DNA of 61,217 nt, from the IMG/VR virus record IMGVR_UViG_3300032226_001346; one strand, given 5' to 3'. This document shows, in pieces, positions 9,100 through 17,842 of the stretch. This stretch comes from an uncultured virus (IMG/VR IMGVR_UViG_3300032226_001346) (lineage: Duplodnaviria; Heunggongvirae; Uroviricota; Caudoviricetes). The notes beneath the pieces were generated by a model. It did not search any database and was not told where the DNA came from. It saw only the letters and a list, made by a program, of their open reading frames with translations. The number at the start of each line of letters is the position of its first letter. Positions within the stretch are counted from its first letter, which is position 1. Both the position numbers and the translations under genes were made by a program.

Positions 9100-10947
9100 A
9101 TGAAAGACGGTCAAAGCGAACAATTAAATAAAATTCGAAAAGCAATGAAGATTAATGAAATTATTTCTTCAGATAAATCAGAGATGACGGCATGTAAAAA
9201 TGATCTCATGAAAAAAATGGCTATGGATGCAGATGATGCAGAAGAAGTGGCACATTCTATCAGAGATATGTTTTTGCCACAACTTTTAAAATCTGAAAAT
9301 ATTTCTGAACACGAAATGCCAGAAGGTTTAATTGTCAAAATGACCGATAAAGACGACAGCTTCGCAGATGAAACCCCCAATGATAAACATGAACATCATG
9401 TTGAATTCAAATCCGATGACGATGAAGACGAAAGTGAAGATTCTGATTTTGATGAAGATGAAGATGAAGATCATGAAATTGATTCCGATTATGACGATAG
9501 CGAAGTAGGTGATGATGAAATCGCAACGATCCACATTTCAGTCCCCGCAGACAAAATCAGGCTTGTAGAAAAAGCACTTGAGACTGTTCTAGGTGATATG
9601 GATGCAGATTCTAAGGATCAAGCAACTGTACACACAGATGAAACACAAAAAGGAGATACCATGAACAAAAAAGAAATTGAAGCTCGAAAGGCTCTAAGAA
9701 AAACAATTCTCGCAGCTATGGCTGACGATGAACATGTCTCCCGAAAAGATGGTTTCGAACATGACAAAAGCGAACAATATCTTGAGGAAGGCTTCTACAA
9801 CACTAAGAAGGGCGAATTAACCGACCCTGACTTCAATACTCTCAACTATTCAAAGAATAAAGTACCAAACTTTACTAAGATGGTTGATGAAAATCTGATG
9901 CCTGATCTAGGCTTGCATGAATCATTGGAAGCCACAAAATTCGATGGAGCGCCAGAAAATGCTGATGAATACACATTGGATTTTGATGCATTTATGATTC
10001 CATCTCAAGGCGACACAGAACTCTATCATGAGTTAGAAATTCCTTCAGAAGGCAAATTGCCTCACAAAAAAACATTACTATCAGAAAATGAATCCAAGCG
10101 AGAAGTATATTCCGAATTGGACGAAAATCTACTAGCAGATGCTCTTCGATTGGCAGGTGTTGAAGATGAAGATCTTACTAAGCTTACATATGCTGAAGCT
10201 AAAGAACTTTATCGAGCAATTAAGACCGCCGAAGCAAAAGAAAGAACCACATATTCACCAGATGGTGTTATGTCTTTCCCGCAAAATACTCACATCACCG
10301 ACCCAGATAAAAGAAAGGCCGTGACCGAAGATTCCGTTCGAAAGAACACCGGAACCGAGGAAATGGATTCTGAAAAGAGTCACGAAAGAAGTGGTAAAGA
10401 GCTTTATTCTTCTAAAGAAGATGCTAGAGATGCATACGCTCAAATGCTCAAGAAACTTATGAATCCTCGACTTGCTGAGCAAGAAGAAGATATGGAAGAA
10501 GATCGAGAAGAGCGAGAAAGCGAAACAACCATTAATACTGACCAAGTAAAAATCGAAGGAAAATCATCAAAGGAAATGGAAAAAGAAGCCGAGATGTTCA
10601 AAGCTCGACTTAAGATGGCCTATGCTTGCACTAATAAGCTCGCTACAGCAGGTCTTCTTCCCGTTGATGAAATGGACGCATACGCCGAAGGATTGTTAAG
10701 CGATGGCTTAACAGTGCAATCAATGGTTCGACAAACAAAACTTATGCTCAATTCAGCAGCAGCAAACGCTGAGCGGTTAGCCGCATCTTCAGCAACATCT
10801 GTTCGCACAGCTTCTACTGGAATCTCATTCAACCCAGCAGTAAGAGGCGCAAGCGTAAACGCGGATTTGAGTGGTGCTCAAGACATCCAAAATGCTCTTA
10901 AGAACATTGGATGGACTACACCAAAGGTTTCTGGGATGGAGGAATAA
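9100..10947 (+). CDS. acidic scaffold/capsid assembly protein
   Basis: very D/E-rich, helical C-terminus, located between the protease and capsid genes. Confidence 0.6.
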   Translation: MKDGQSEQLNKIRKAMKINEIISSDKSEMTACKNDLMKKMAMDADDAEEVAHSIRDMFLPQLLKSENISEHEMPEGLIVKMTDKDDSFADETPNDKHEHHVEFKSDDDEDESEDSDFDEDEDEDHEIDSDYDDSEVGDDEIATIHISVPADKIRLVEKALETVLGDMDADSKDQATVHTDETQKGDTMNKKEIEARKALRKTILAAMADDEHVSRKDGFEHDKSEQYLEEGFYNTKKGELTDPDFNTLNYSKNKVPNFTKMVDENLMPDLGLHESLEATKFDGAPENADEYTLDFDAFMIPSQGDTELYHELEIPSEGKLPHKKTLLSENESKREVYSELDENLLADALRLAGVEDEDLTKLTYAEAKELYRAIKTAEAKERTTYSPDGVMSFPQNTHITDPDKRKAVTEDSVRKNTGTEEMDSEKSHERSGKELYSSKEDARDAYAQMLKKLMNPRLAEQEEDMEEDREERESETTINTDQVKIEGKSSKEMEKEAEMFKARLKMAYACTNKLATAGLLPVDEMDAYAEGLLSDGLTVQSMVRQTKLMLNSAAANAERLAASSATSVRTASTGISFNPAVRGASVNADLSGAQDIQNALKNIGWTTPKVSGMEE

Positions 10948-11004
10948 TTACCGAAAGTAATTAAATCTACAAATAACTATCTAATTAAGGAGAAAATAAA
11001 TTAA

Positions 11005-11811
11005 ATGGCATTAAGAACTTTACAAGCTGTAGTTGCTACAAACTACTCAAAACTCAGCACAGATCCAATTCTTGCTGGCGATATCGTTGCTTTTAACAAT
11101 GGAAGCACTTTCGCTGCAGGCGTTAACCCAGCTCCTGTTGCTCGTTGTGTCCGTGGTGTTGCAACAGCAAACAGCACCAACACAGCCACAACAGCGCCTG
11201 TCGGTGTTTGGCTACGAGGTCAAATCCTCGGTGTTTCCGGAGACGACGCTCTAGGAACAAACCCAGCTGGCGAAACCCCCACCATGATCAATAATGATCC
11301 TGCTGGTTCAAACTTCGTGAATGGTTCAACTTTCCAATCATATACCGCTGGTTTCTATGTTGGCGCGAAGCGAGCTATCGCTGACTTCAAGGACGAATCT
11401 GTGGATGTGGTTACTAACCTCACCGCTGGTATTCCTACTTACTCTTCACGAGGTGTCACTGTTTATACCACACCTTCCACTCAATTCGTTACTGACCGAT
11501 TTGCCCTTCTTACAGCAGGAGCAACCACAGCTGTTGATACAGCTTCATGGACAGGTACAACTGGTGGATCATCACCCCAGCCAGGCGATCTTTTGACCGT
11601 TGGAGCTAATGGTTCTTCTTCAGTCAACTATTCCGCTTGCCCTTCGGCACCAACTTCCACAAGCGCTACTGCTACGACTAACAACGCAGGTCTGTTAATC
11701 TCAGCAGGCACTTTCGCCAACATTGCTACAATTGCGAACTATATTCCAGTTGTTGGCCGAGTGGATTTCTATGACTCAGGAGCAGGTCTTCTGTACTGGA
11801 CACTTCTATAA
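11005..11811 (+). CDS. head decoration (cement) protein
   Basis: A/G/T-rich 268-aa ORF with strong SD immediately upstream of the MCP; PQPGDLLTVG and PVVGRV motifs; codon style like the MCP. Confidence 0.65.
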   Translation: MALRTLQAVVATNYSKLSTDPILAGDIVAFNNGSTFAAGVNPAPVARCVRGVATANSTNTATTAPVGVWLRGQILGVSGDDALGTNPAGETPTMINNDPAGSNFVNGSTFQSYTAGFYVGAKRAIADFKDESVDVVTNLTAGIPTYSSRGVTVYTTPSTQFVTDRFALLTAGATTAVDTASWTGTTGGSSPQPGDLLTVGANGSSSVNYSACPSAPTSTSATATTNNAGLLISAGTFANIATIANYIPVVGRVDFYDSGAGLLYWTLL

Positions 11812-11835
11812 TCTTTAAGGGGGAAAATAATTAAA

Positions 11836-12687
11836 ATGGCATTAACTAAAAACATTAACGAAACCAGAGAACAAATTGTTGCTATGGCTCTAGAAACCGC
11901 TGAAGGCAAAACTGCCCTCGCACAAGCTATGGTCGAACCCATCAAGAATTCTCTTATGTATCAAGCAATCGGACGAAAGCTTCTCCTTGTCGATGAACTT
12001 CCACAAGGCGTACTTCCTCGATATGAAAGAGATGTAACCGCTAAATCTTTTACCGTGGGTAAGAGAGGTGCAGTTCCTACCTCAGAAATCGAAGCTGAAG
12101 AACTTCTCGTTCCTACTTTTGAAATCGCTGCTAACCCAGTAATTCGATACTCTGAAGTGAAGGCTCGACGATTCTATATCGTTGACCGAGCACAAATCCG
12201 AGCTAAGGATTCTCTTCAACGACAAGAAGACACCGAAGTGTTCAAGGTCATCAATGCAGGTACTCCTACCGATCAAACTATCAGTGTGAGCGGTACAGTG
12301 CAACTTGAGCAAGTTAACCTCGCTCTTACATTGATCGAAGAACACGAACTCATCGGTGCCAAGATTGTTGTGCCACCTGCACGATATAAGGACTTCCGAG
12401 GCTGGGGCCCAGAAGTGTACGACCAAGCCACACAACGAGATATTCTCCAAACTGGTCTTTACGGTCACCTTTACACCGCTGATATCCACCTTTCAACCAT
12501 GGTCCCTAAGAACTGTGTGTTCGTGATGGCTCCTGCCCAATTCGTTGGTGCAATCCCAATCCGACAAGACATCACTGTTCTTCCTGCTGACGACACACGA
12601 AGGCTCAGATTGGGTTGGGTTGTTTATGAAGAGCTTGGCTTTGCTGTCGTGAATGACTTTGCACTTAGTAAGATAATTGTGAGTTAG
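11836..12687 (+). CDS. major capsid protein (HK97 fold, phage G gp27-like)
   Basis: 283 aa; ALAQAMVEPI..YQAIGRKLLLVDELPQG..VPTFEIAANP..IVDRAQ..QRQED; C-terminal GWVVYEELGFAVVN; biased codon usage; followed by a terminator. Confidence 0.88.
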   Translation: MALTKNINETREQIVAMALETAEGKTALAQAMVEPIKNSLMYQAIGRKLLLVDELPQGVLPRYERDVTAKSFTVGKRGAVPTSEIEAEELLVPTFEIAANPVIRYSEVKARRFYIVDRAQIRAKDSLQRQEDTEVFKVINAGTPTDQTISVSGTVQLEQVNLALTLIEEHELIGAKIVVPPARYKDFRGWGPEVYDQATQRDILQTGLYGHLYTADIHLSTMVPKNCVFVMAPAQFVGAIPIRQDITVLPADDTRRLRLGWVVYEELGFAVVNDFALSKIIVS

Positions 12688-12713
12688 ATTTGCTATTTAT
12701 ATAGCAAAATGTT

Positions 12714-12749
12714 ATCCTCCAGGTTAAAATCTGGAGGATTTTTTATTTT
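12714..12749 (+). terminator. intrinsic terminator after the capsid operon
   Basis: ATCCTCCAG / CTGGAGGAT stem followed by a T-run; a second small hairpin TTTGCTAT/ATAGCAAA at 12689-12708. Confidence 0.8.
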
Positions 12750-12774
12750 ATATTTGTAAAATACCATAATAAAT

Positions 12775-14493
12775 ATGTATAATAAATATATGAATTTAAA
12801 TTTTTTTAATAAAGATAGTAATGAAAAATATTATTTACTTGGTTGGATTTTATCAGATGGGCATGTAGCAAAAAATAAAAATTTTTGGAGTATGCAAATA
12901 CATCAGAAAGACAAAAAAATGCTTGAAAAAATATTAAATTTAATAAATTCAAACAATAATATTCATGGTCCATATATTAATCAGCCATCAGTTCAAATAA
13001 AAATTTCCTGCAAAGAGCACCTTACCTTCCTCACACAATCTTGGGGCCTCGATAATCACAAATCACACAATCTGAAATGGAAAGATTGCCCTGATAAATT
13101 TCTTCCGCATTTGGTAAGAGGTTATTTCGATGGAGACGGATCTATTTACACAAAACAATCTGCAAATCCAAATGTTAACACTGTGGGTATTAATTTTGTT
13201 GGCACACATCATTTTATCAATGGTCTACAAAAAGCAATTAATAATGCAATTGGGTTTGAAGAAAAAACAGGTTGTATTTCAGACTTAGACACTTATGCTA
13301 CTCTTATTTATAATGGTTCGGATATTGCTTTGAAAATTTTGGATTGGATATATATTTCCTCAACTGAACTCACCAGATTAGATAGAAAGTTTGAAAAATA
13401 TATAGAATATAAAAAATATATTGAATCTTTAACAAATTATGACGAACACAATAAATCAACAAAATATGGAAACACAATTGTTCCTGATTTTAAGCTTTCT
13501 GAACAAATTAGATTCGATTATAAATATTTAGATTTAAACATCACTCAATTGAGCTCTAAATACAATGTAAACCGAAGCACTTTAGATGGAATTTTAAAAA
13601 ATATTACACATGTAAAGTCTGATAACAGAACAAACCATTCAAAAATTTATGTTGAAGCTTTTGGAGAAAACAAACACATTTTAGATTGGGCCGATGATGA
13701 TAGATGTAATGTAGACTCAGGCGCACTAAGAGATAGAATTATTAATCAAAAATTAAACCCAGAAGAGGCAATTACTAAATTGCCTGATTCTACTTCTGGT
13801 GTTTTGAAATATAGATATGATATAGATGGTGAATTTAAAACTATATCTGAAATCTTAAAAGACAAAGGAATTTCTAGATCTACTTTTACACATCGAGTGA
13901 ATAATCTGGGTTTGAGCCCCAAAGAAGCTTCTGAAAAATTACCGGGAGAACTGAAGGGCGCTAATCATGCTCCTGGTAAATTATCAAACAACCAAAAATA
14001 TACACAATCTGAAATTAAATCGGCTAGAGATATCTATGTTAGTGAAGGCAAAACAGTAAAAGAAGTGGCGCAAATCACTGGAATTTCAGAAGTAGTTTTG
14101 TATGACGCTTTTGCAGGTACAACTTACAAAGACCCCACTTACACCCCTCAAAAGAAAAAACAAGACACAATCTCAATCACCTACAACAACAAGACACAAT
14201 CTATCAAAGAATGGTCTAATGAGCTTGGAATTCCTTCATCCACGATTGACCGAAGATATCGCGCAAATTTGCCTATAGATCAAGTGATGTGCCAAGAAGA
14301 GCTACCAAAGACAAAAACAAAACAATCTGAAAAAGATAAAAATTCTTATATTTTGGCCCGAAATCTTCGCGAAGATTATAAGAATGGATTACAGGGGAAA
14401 TCTTTATATGAAAAATACAATGTGCCTAAATCCAGAGCTATGGATATTTTGGCCAATCGCACTTGCAAAGATGAGAATGTTTGGTGGAAATAA
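12775..14493 (+). CDS. free-standing LAGLIDADG homing endonuclease with tandem C-terminal DNA-binding modules
   Basis: LLGWILSDG and LVRGYFDGDGS motifs; six HTH/NUMOD-like repeats; visibly more AT-rich than the flanking capsid gene. Confidence 0.85.
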   Translation: MYNKYMNLNFFNKDSNEKYYLLGWILSDGHVAKNKNFWSMQIHQKDKKMLEKILNLINSNNNIHGPYINQPSVQIKISCKEHLTFLTQSWGLDNHKSHNLKWKDCPDKFLPHLVRGYFDGDGSIYTKQSANPNVNTVGINFVGTHHFINGLQKAINNAIGFEEKTGCISDLDTYATLIYNGSDIALKILDWIYISSTELTRLDRKFEKYIEYKKYIESLTNYDEHNKSTKYGNTIVPDFKLSEQIRFDYKYLDLNITQLSSKYNVNRSTLDGILKNITHVKSDNRTNHSKIYVEAFGENKHILDWADDDRCNVDSGALRDRIINQKLNPEEAITKLPDSTSGVLKYRYDIDGEFKTISEILKDKGISRSTFTHRVNNLGLSPKEASEKLPGELKGANHAPGKLSNNQKYTQSEIKSARDIYVSEGKTVKEVAQITGISEVVLYDAFAGTTYKDPTYTPQKKKQDTISITYNNKTQSIKEWSNELGIPSSTIDRRYRANLPIDQVMCQEELPKTKTKQSEKDKNSYILARNLREDYKNGLQGKSLYEKYNVPKSRAMDILANRTCKDENVWWK

Positions 14494-14509
14494 ACTGTAA
14501 TATATTAAT

Positions 14510-14761
14510 ATGGAAAAAGAAATTGAATCATTTATTAAACAACACGAAAATACACAATCTAAAATTAATTTAATTACGAATGCTTTAAAGCAATCTTCAA
14601 AACAAGAAAAAACCGCTATTCAAAATATGCCAGATGGAACAAGCAAGGAAATTACATCTTTATTTGATGGATATAAAACTGTGTATAGAGCTTCGACAAA
14701 TGGTAAAAATGTAATGCATTTCACTTCAGCTGAGGATGCAAAATCTTATTTAGATAAATAA
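14510..14761 (+). CDS. hypothetical protein
   Basis: 83-aa ORF; TGTAATAT 6 nt upstream of ATG. Confidence 0.6.
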   Translation: MEKEIESFIKQHENTQSKINLITNALKQSSKQEKTAIQNMPDGTSKEITSLFDGYKTVYRASTNGKNVMHFTSAEDAKSYLDK

Positions 14762-14771
14762 AATCAGAAAA

Positions 14772-14805
14772 AGGTGAGCTAATATTAATTTGAGAAATAA
14801 AAAAT
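14772..14805 (+). promoter_or_regulatory. class-1 putative phage late promoter (AGG-N19-GAAAT, leaderless start)
   Basis: AGG at 14772, GAAAT at 14794, ATG at 14806; the same geometry recurs at other genes. Confidence 0.6.
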
Positions 14806-15633
14806 ATGAGCTTCGATCATATTTTGAATAAATTAGCTGAAAAGCATATTCTCGCCGGTAATAAAGATTTTGCTTATCGTTTGGTGGAGGCTTCTGAAAA
14901 AGAATGTTCACATTGTGGAGATAAATCTGCAGAGATGATGAAGCGAAAAAGCAAAAATTTTTGTACCAAATGTTCAAAGCAAACAAAATGTGCTCTGAAA
15001 GGCTGTGAAGCAAAAATGATGTATGCAGAGATGCACAAACAAGGTGGGAAAGTTTATTGCTCCAAAGATTGCGCTAAAGCCGATAAAATGAAGAAAACCG
15101 CGCTTGATGATATGATCGAAAAATACGCGGGCAAATCTGAAGAAGGTAGCTACAAAGATGCTATTAAAGAGGTTCCGGGGTTCTCTGGCATGTTTGGCAA
15201 TGGTTTCTGTTTCAACACAAAAGAGCAAGCATCTAAGGCTTTAGCTATTGCGGAGCAAGCTGTTAATTTTCTAAATTGGAAAGTGGAAAGACATGACGAC
15301 GGTTTCATGGTTATTTCACGAGGAAAAGACAAAGAAGCTTCTGTTTTGAAATCAATGCTTAATAAATACGCTAATGATCCTTATACAGGCAGTCCAGGTT
15401 TTGAGTATGAACTGGAAGATTACGGGCAAGAGTATGGATTTAAAGGCCAAGACGAACAAGACCAAGAGGAACTCCTTCGAAAGGAAGAATTAGAACACCG
15501 GGATTACGATCAAGGGTATAGTACGGGGTATAATGACGGATATAATAAGGGATATAGTGCGGGGTATAATAACGGATTTAATGCTGATCCTTATCCAATG
15601 AGTTACAATCCGGGAGACAGAGGTTTATACTAA
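14806..15633 (+). CDS. putative internal head protein with Cys-rich zinc module and GYxx repeats
   Basis: CSHC, CTKC, CALKGC, YCSKDC; several K-x-A motifs. Confidence 0.6.
   Translation: MSFDHILNKLAEKHILAGNKDFAYRLVEASEKECSHCGDKSAEMMKRKSKNFCTKCSKQTKCALKGCEAKMMYAEMHKQGGKVYCSKDCAKADKMKKTALDDMIEKYAGKSEEGSYKDAIKEVPGFSGMFGNGFCFNTKEQASKALAIAEQAVNFLNWKVERHDDGFMVISRGKDKEASVLKSMLNKYANDPYTGSPGFEYELEDYGQEYGFKGQDEQDQEELLRKEELEHRDYDQGYSTGYNDGYNKGYSAGYNNGFNADPYPMSYNPGDRGLY
15514..15585 (+). repeat. 12-nt period coding repeat (GYST GYND GYNK GYSA GYNN GFNA)
   Basis: six GG(G/A)T(A/T)TA(A/G)T-NNN units; looks like a duplicated 36-nt unit. Confidence 0.8.
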
Positions 15634-15635
15634 GA

Positions 15636-16484
15636 ATGAAAAAAATAGCACACAATCTGGCAAAAATTGCAGAGAGTTTATATTCTGCGGGCAAAATTGA
15701 AGAATCTCGCGATCTGTTCTTCACTGCAATTAGAATTGCTCATAAACGGAATCCTTTGATGGATGTATTGGGTGAATATGGATTTGAGCCCTCAGATGTA
15801 TTTGAATATGGAGATGACAGCGAAATGGATGGAGTGCATCCTTCGGAAAAATCTGTTCATAGAGACGAGCCAAGAGTAGGCGTACAAGAGATTTGGATGT
15901 ACATGGACCCAGAAACCGGAAAGCTTGAATATGGATATATGCATGAAGGTGGAGATTACGGACATAAACATGCATATTATGACAACCTTGAGGATTTGGT
16001 TGCTCATATTGCCGAAGAAGATAAAGAAGCCAATATTACTCATGAAGATGATGAAGATAGTAAATATCCTCAGCACCAAGAAGAGGGATGGAGGGGATAT
16101 GCCTCTGAAGATGAACATTCTTGCCATTCAGATGGTCCCTGTATGTGCGGTGGAAAGTGCAAGGGTGCTTCTTCGTCTGTCTTTAAGAAAGAAGCCGCTG
16201 AAAAGAAAAAAACACATAAGCGATTAAATAAGCCATTTCGAACACCTGGTGGTCCTAAGAAGTTTAGTGTGTATGTCAAGAACGACAAGGGAAATATTGT
16301 GAAGGTTAATTTCGGTGATCCGAATATGGAAATAAAGCGCGATTCACCCGAAAGAAGAAAAAACTTCAGGGCTAGACATCATTGTGAAACCGCAAAAGAT
16401 CCCACAAAAGCAAGAACATGGAGCTGTCGAATGTGGCAAAGAGGAAAATCAGTGTCACAAATGACCAATAGAAAGAAAAAATAA
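15636..16484 (+). CDS. putative internal head protein with basic C-terminal module
   Basis: N-terminal helical leader, acidic middle, C-terminal KPFRTPGGPKKFSVYVKN..VNFGDPNM..RRKNFRARHHC..WSCRMW. Confidence 0.7.
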   Translation: MKKIAHNLAKIAESLYSAGKIEESRDLFFTAIRIAHKRNPLMDVLGEYGFEPSDVFEYGDDSEMDGVHPSEKSVHRDEPRVGVQEIWMYMDPETGKLEYGYMHEGGDYGHKHAYYDNLEDLVAHIAEEDKEANITHEDDEDSKYPQHQEEGWRGYASEDEHSCHSDGPCMCGGKCKGASSSVFKKEAAEKKKTHKRLNKPFRTPGGPKKFSVYVKNDKGNIVKVNFGDPNMEIKRDSPERRKNFRARHHCETAKDPTKARTWSCRMWQRGKSVSQMTNRKKK

Positions 16485-16699
16485 TTGTGTTTCATTAAAG
16501 CCACAATCTAAAAAATTATCTGGCAAAGAATTAGTGATTGATGAATTAGATCGAAGATTATTCCAAGTTTCACGATATGATGAAGAATATTATCACGGAA
16601 TGGTAGCCGCTTTTCAAGAAGCGATTGGTTTAATTAGAGATCATATCAAATAAGCCTGTGCAATTAAATTAAATATTAATCGAGAAATCTGAAAATTTA

Positions 16700-16954
16700 A
16701 TGAATACAAACACAATCCTTCAAAAACTTGCCTCAATTGCTGATGAATTGGACGCAAGTGGCTTTCGCTCAGAAGCGAATTGTGTAGATGAAGTGTTACT
16801 AAAGCTTGCAAGTTACAATGCACCTCGCGCTGGAAAGAAAAAGAAAAGATGGAGCGTAAAATATAAAAAATCAATTGATTGCTCTCATCCGAAGGGTTTT
16901 TCGCAAAAACAATATTGCGAGAGAAAAAGAAAAGGTGGAGATTACAAAAGTTAA
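16700..16954 (+). CDS. small basic putative internal head protein
   Basis: leader LQKLASIADELDASG..EAN.VD..LLKLA, then KKKRWSVKYKKSIDCSHPKGFSQKQYC. Confidence 0.7.
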   Translation: MNTNTILQKLASIADELDASGFRSEANCVDEVLLKLASYNAPRAGKKKKRWSVKYKKSIDCSHPKGFSQKQYCERKRKGGDYKS

Positions 16955-16955
16955 T

Positions 16956-16987
16956 ATTATATCGGGCCAAATTTGGCCCGATATAAT
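16956..16987. repeat. perfect 32-bp palindrome between convergent genes (possible bidirectional terminator)
   Basis: ATTATATCGGGCCAAA|TTTGGCCCGATATAAT. Confidence 0.85.
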
Positions 16988-17039
16988 TCCACCTACATTA
17001 CGCAATCTTTAAATATTTCTCTTATTTTTCGTCAATTGT

Positions 17040-17270
17040 TTATTTTGTAGAGCCAGTTATTAACGCAACAAATTCGTCAAAAGCTGCCTTTTTTATTGTA
17101 ATTTCTTTTCCAGATTTAAGATTAATTTTTCCCCATTCAACACTATAATCAGAAAAAGTTTCTACTTCAGAAAGAACGATATATTGGTATCCGTTCGTAA
17201 ATCGTGTAGTGCCTTGCTGTGTAGTTTGAATAATGGATTCAAGTGGCATTCTATGTACTTTTTTATTCAT
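17040..17270 (-). CDS. hypothetical protein
   Basis: 76-aa ORF filling the gap, divergent from 17318. Confidence 0.55.
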   Translation of the reverse strand: MNKKVHRMPLESIIQTTQQGTTRFTNGYQYIVLSEVETFSDYSVEWGKINLKSGKEITIKKAAFDEFVALITGSTK

Positions 17271-17283
17271 AATTTATTTACGG

Positions 17284-17317
17284 AGGATTTTTGCTTTTTA
17301 TTTTTTAAATAAAGATT
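17284..17317 (+). promoter_or_regulatory. class-1 putative late promoter
   Basis: AGG at 17284, TAAAT at 17306, ATG at 17318. Confidence 0.55.
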
Positions 17318-17842
17318 ATGTTGAAAGATTTTCTTTTTGAAATTCAATGTGCAGAAGAAATTGGTGCATATCGAATCGCCGACGCTTTAGATGCAAAACT
17401 TCTAAGATTAGCTACTAGCGATCATAAAACTTTAAAAAAACAAATTGAAAAAAAATATTCAACCAATGGTGTTAAGTCTGTTAGTTATTCCCCGTCACAA
17501 CAAAAGTTTATTGTATCAGCTGACCCAAATATATCCAACAAGACGAAGAGAGCTATACAATCAATTGTGGAGCCATACAATTTATCTTTTAGATACAGTA
17601 TGAAAAATATTGACGAACTCATGGGTGGCCGGGAATTTGATCCCATAGATAGACATATGAAATCGTTTGATAATCCGCTGGGAGATTATATTGGATTAGA
17701 TGAATTTGATGAAATGGAGCCAAGCGAAGAAGATCTTAATTTTACAGAAGAATTCCCAGCAGATGAACTTTCTGAAGATCCTTATAGCATGGATCAATAT
17801 TGGGTTGATTTTGCCCGCAGAGATATCAAAAAGCATCACTAA
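17318..17842 (+). CDS. putative internal head protein with helical leader
   Basis: EEIGAYRIADALDAKLLRLA leader; acidic tail. Confidence 0.65.
   Translation: MLKDFLFEIQCAEEIGAYRIADALDAKLLRLATSDHKTLKKQIEKKYSTNGVKSVSYSPSQQKFIVSADPNISNKTKRAIQSIVEPYNLSFRYSMKNIDELMGGREFDPIDRHMKSFDNPLGDYIGLDEFDEMEPSEEDLNFTEEFPADELSEDPYSMDQYWVDFARRDIKKHH

Noticed and set aside
11836..12687. Encapsulin nanocompartment rather than a phage capsid
   Set aside because: The size is encapsulin-like, but portal, protease, decoration and tail genes indicate a virion capsid.
12688..14509. Group I intron in the capsid gene housing the LAGLIDADG ORF
   Set aside because: The MCP ends with a complete C-terminal motif, stop and terminator. 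The flanks are too short for a ribozyme core and no downstream exon is visible.
16470..16653. Programmed frameshift at the A-run ending ORF 15636 into an open frame (..VIDELDRRLFQVSRYDEEYYHGMVAAF..)
   Set aside because: A-runs are common in this genome. The frame could be a small separate gene from GTG 16534, and no stimulatory structure was seen.
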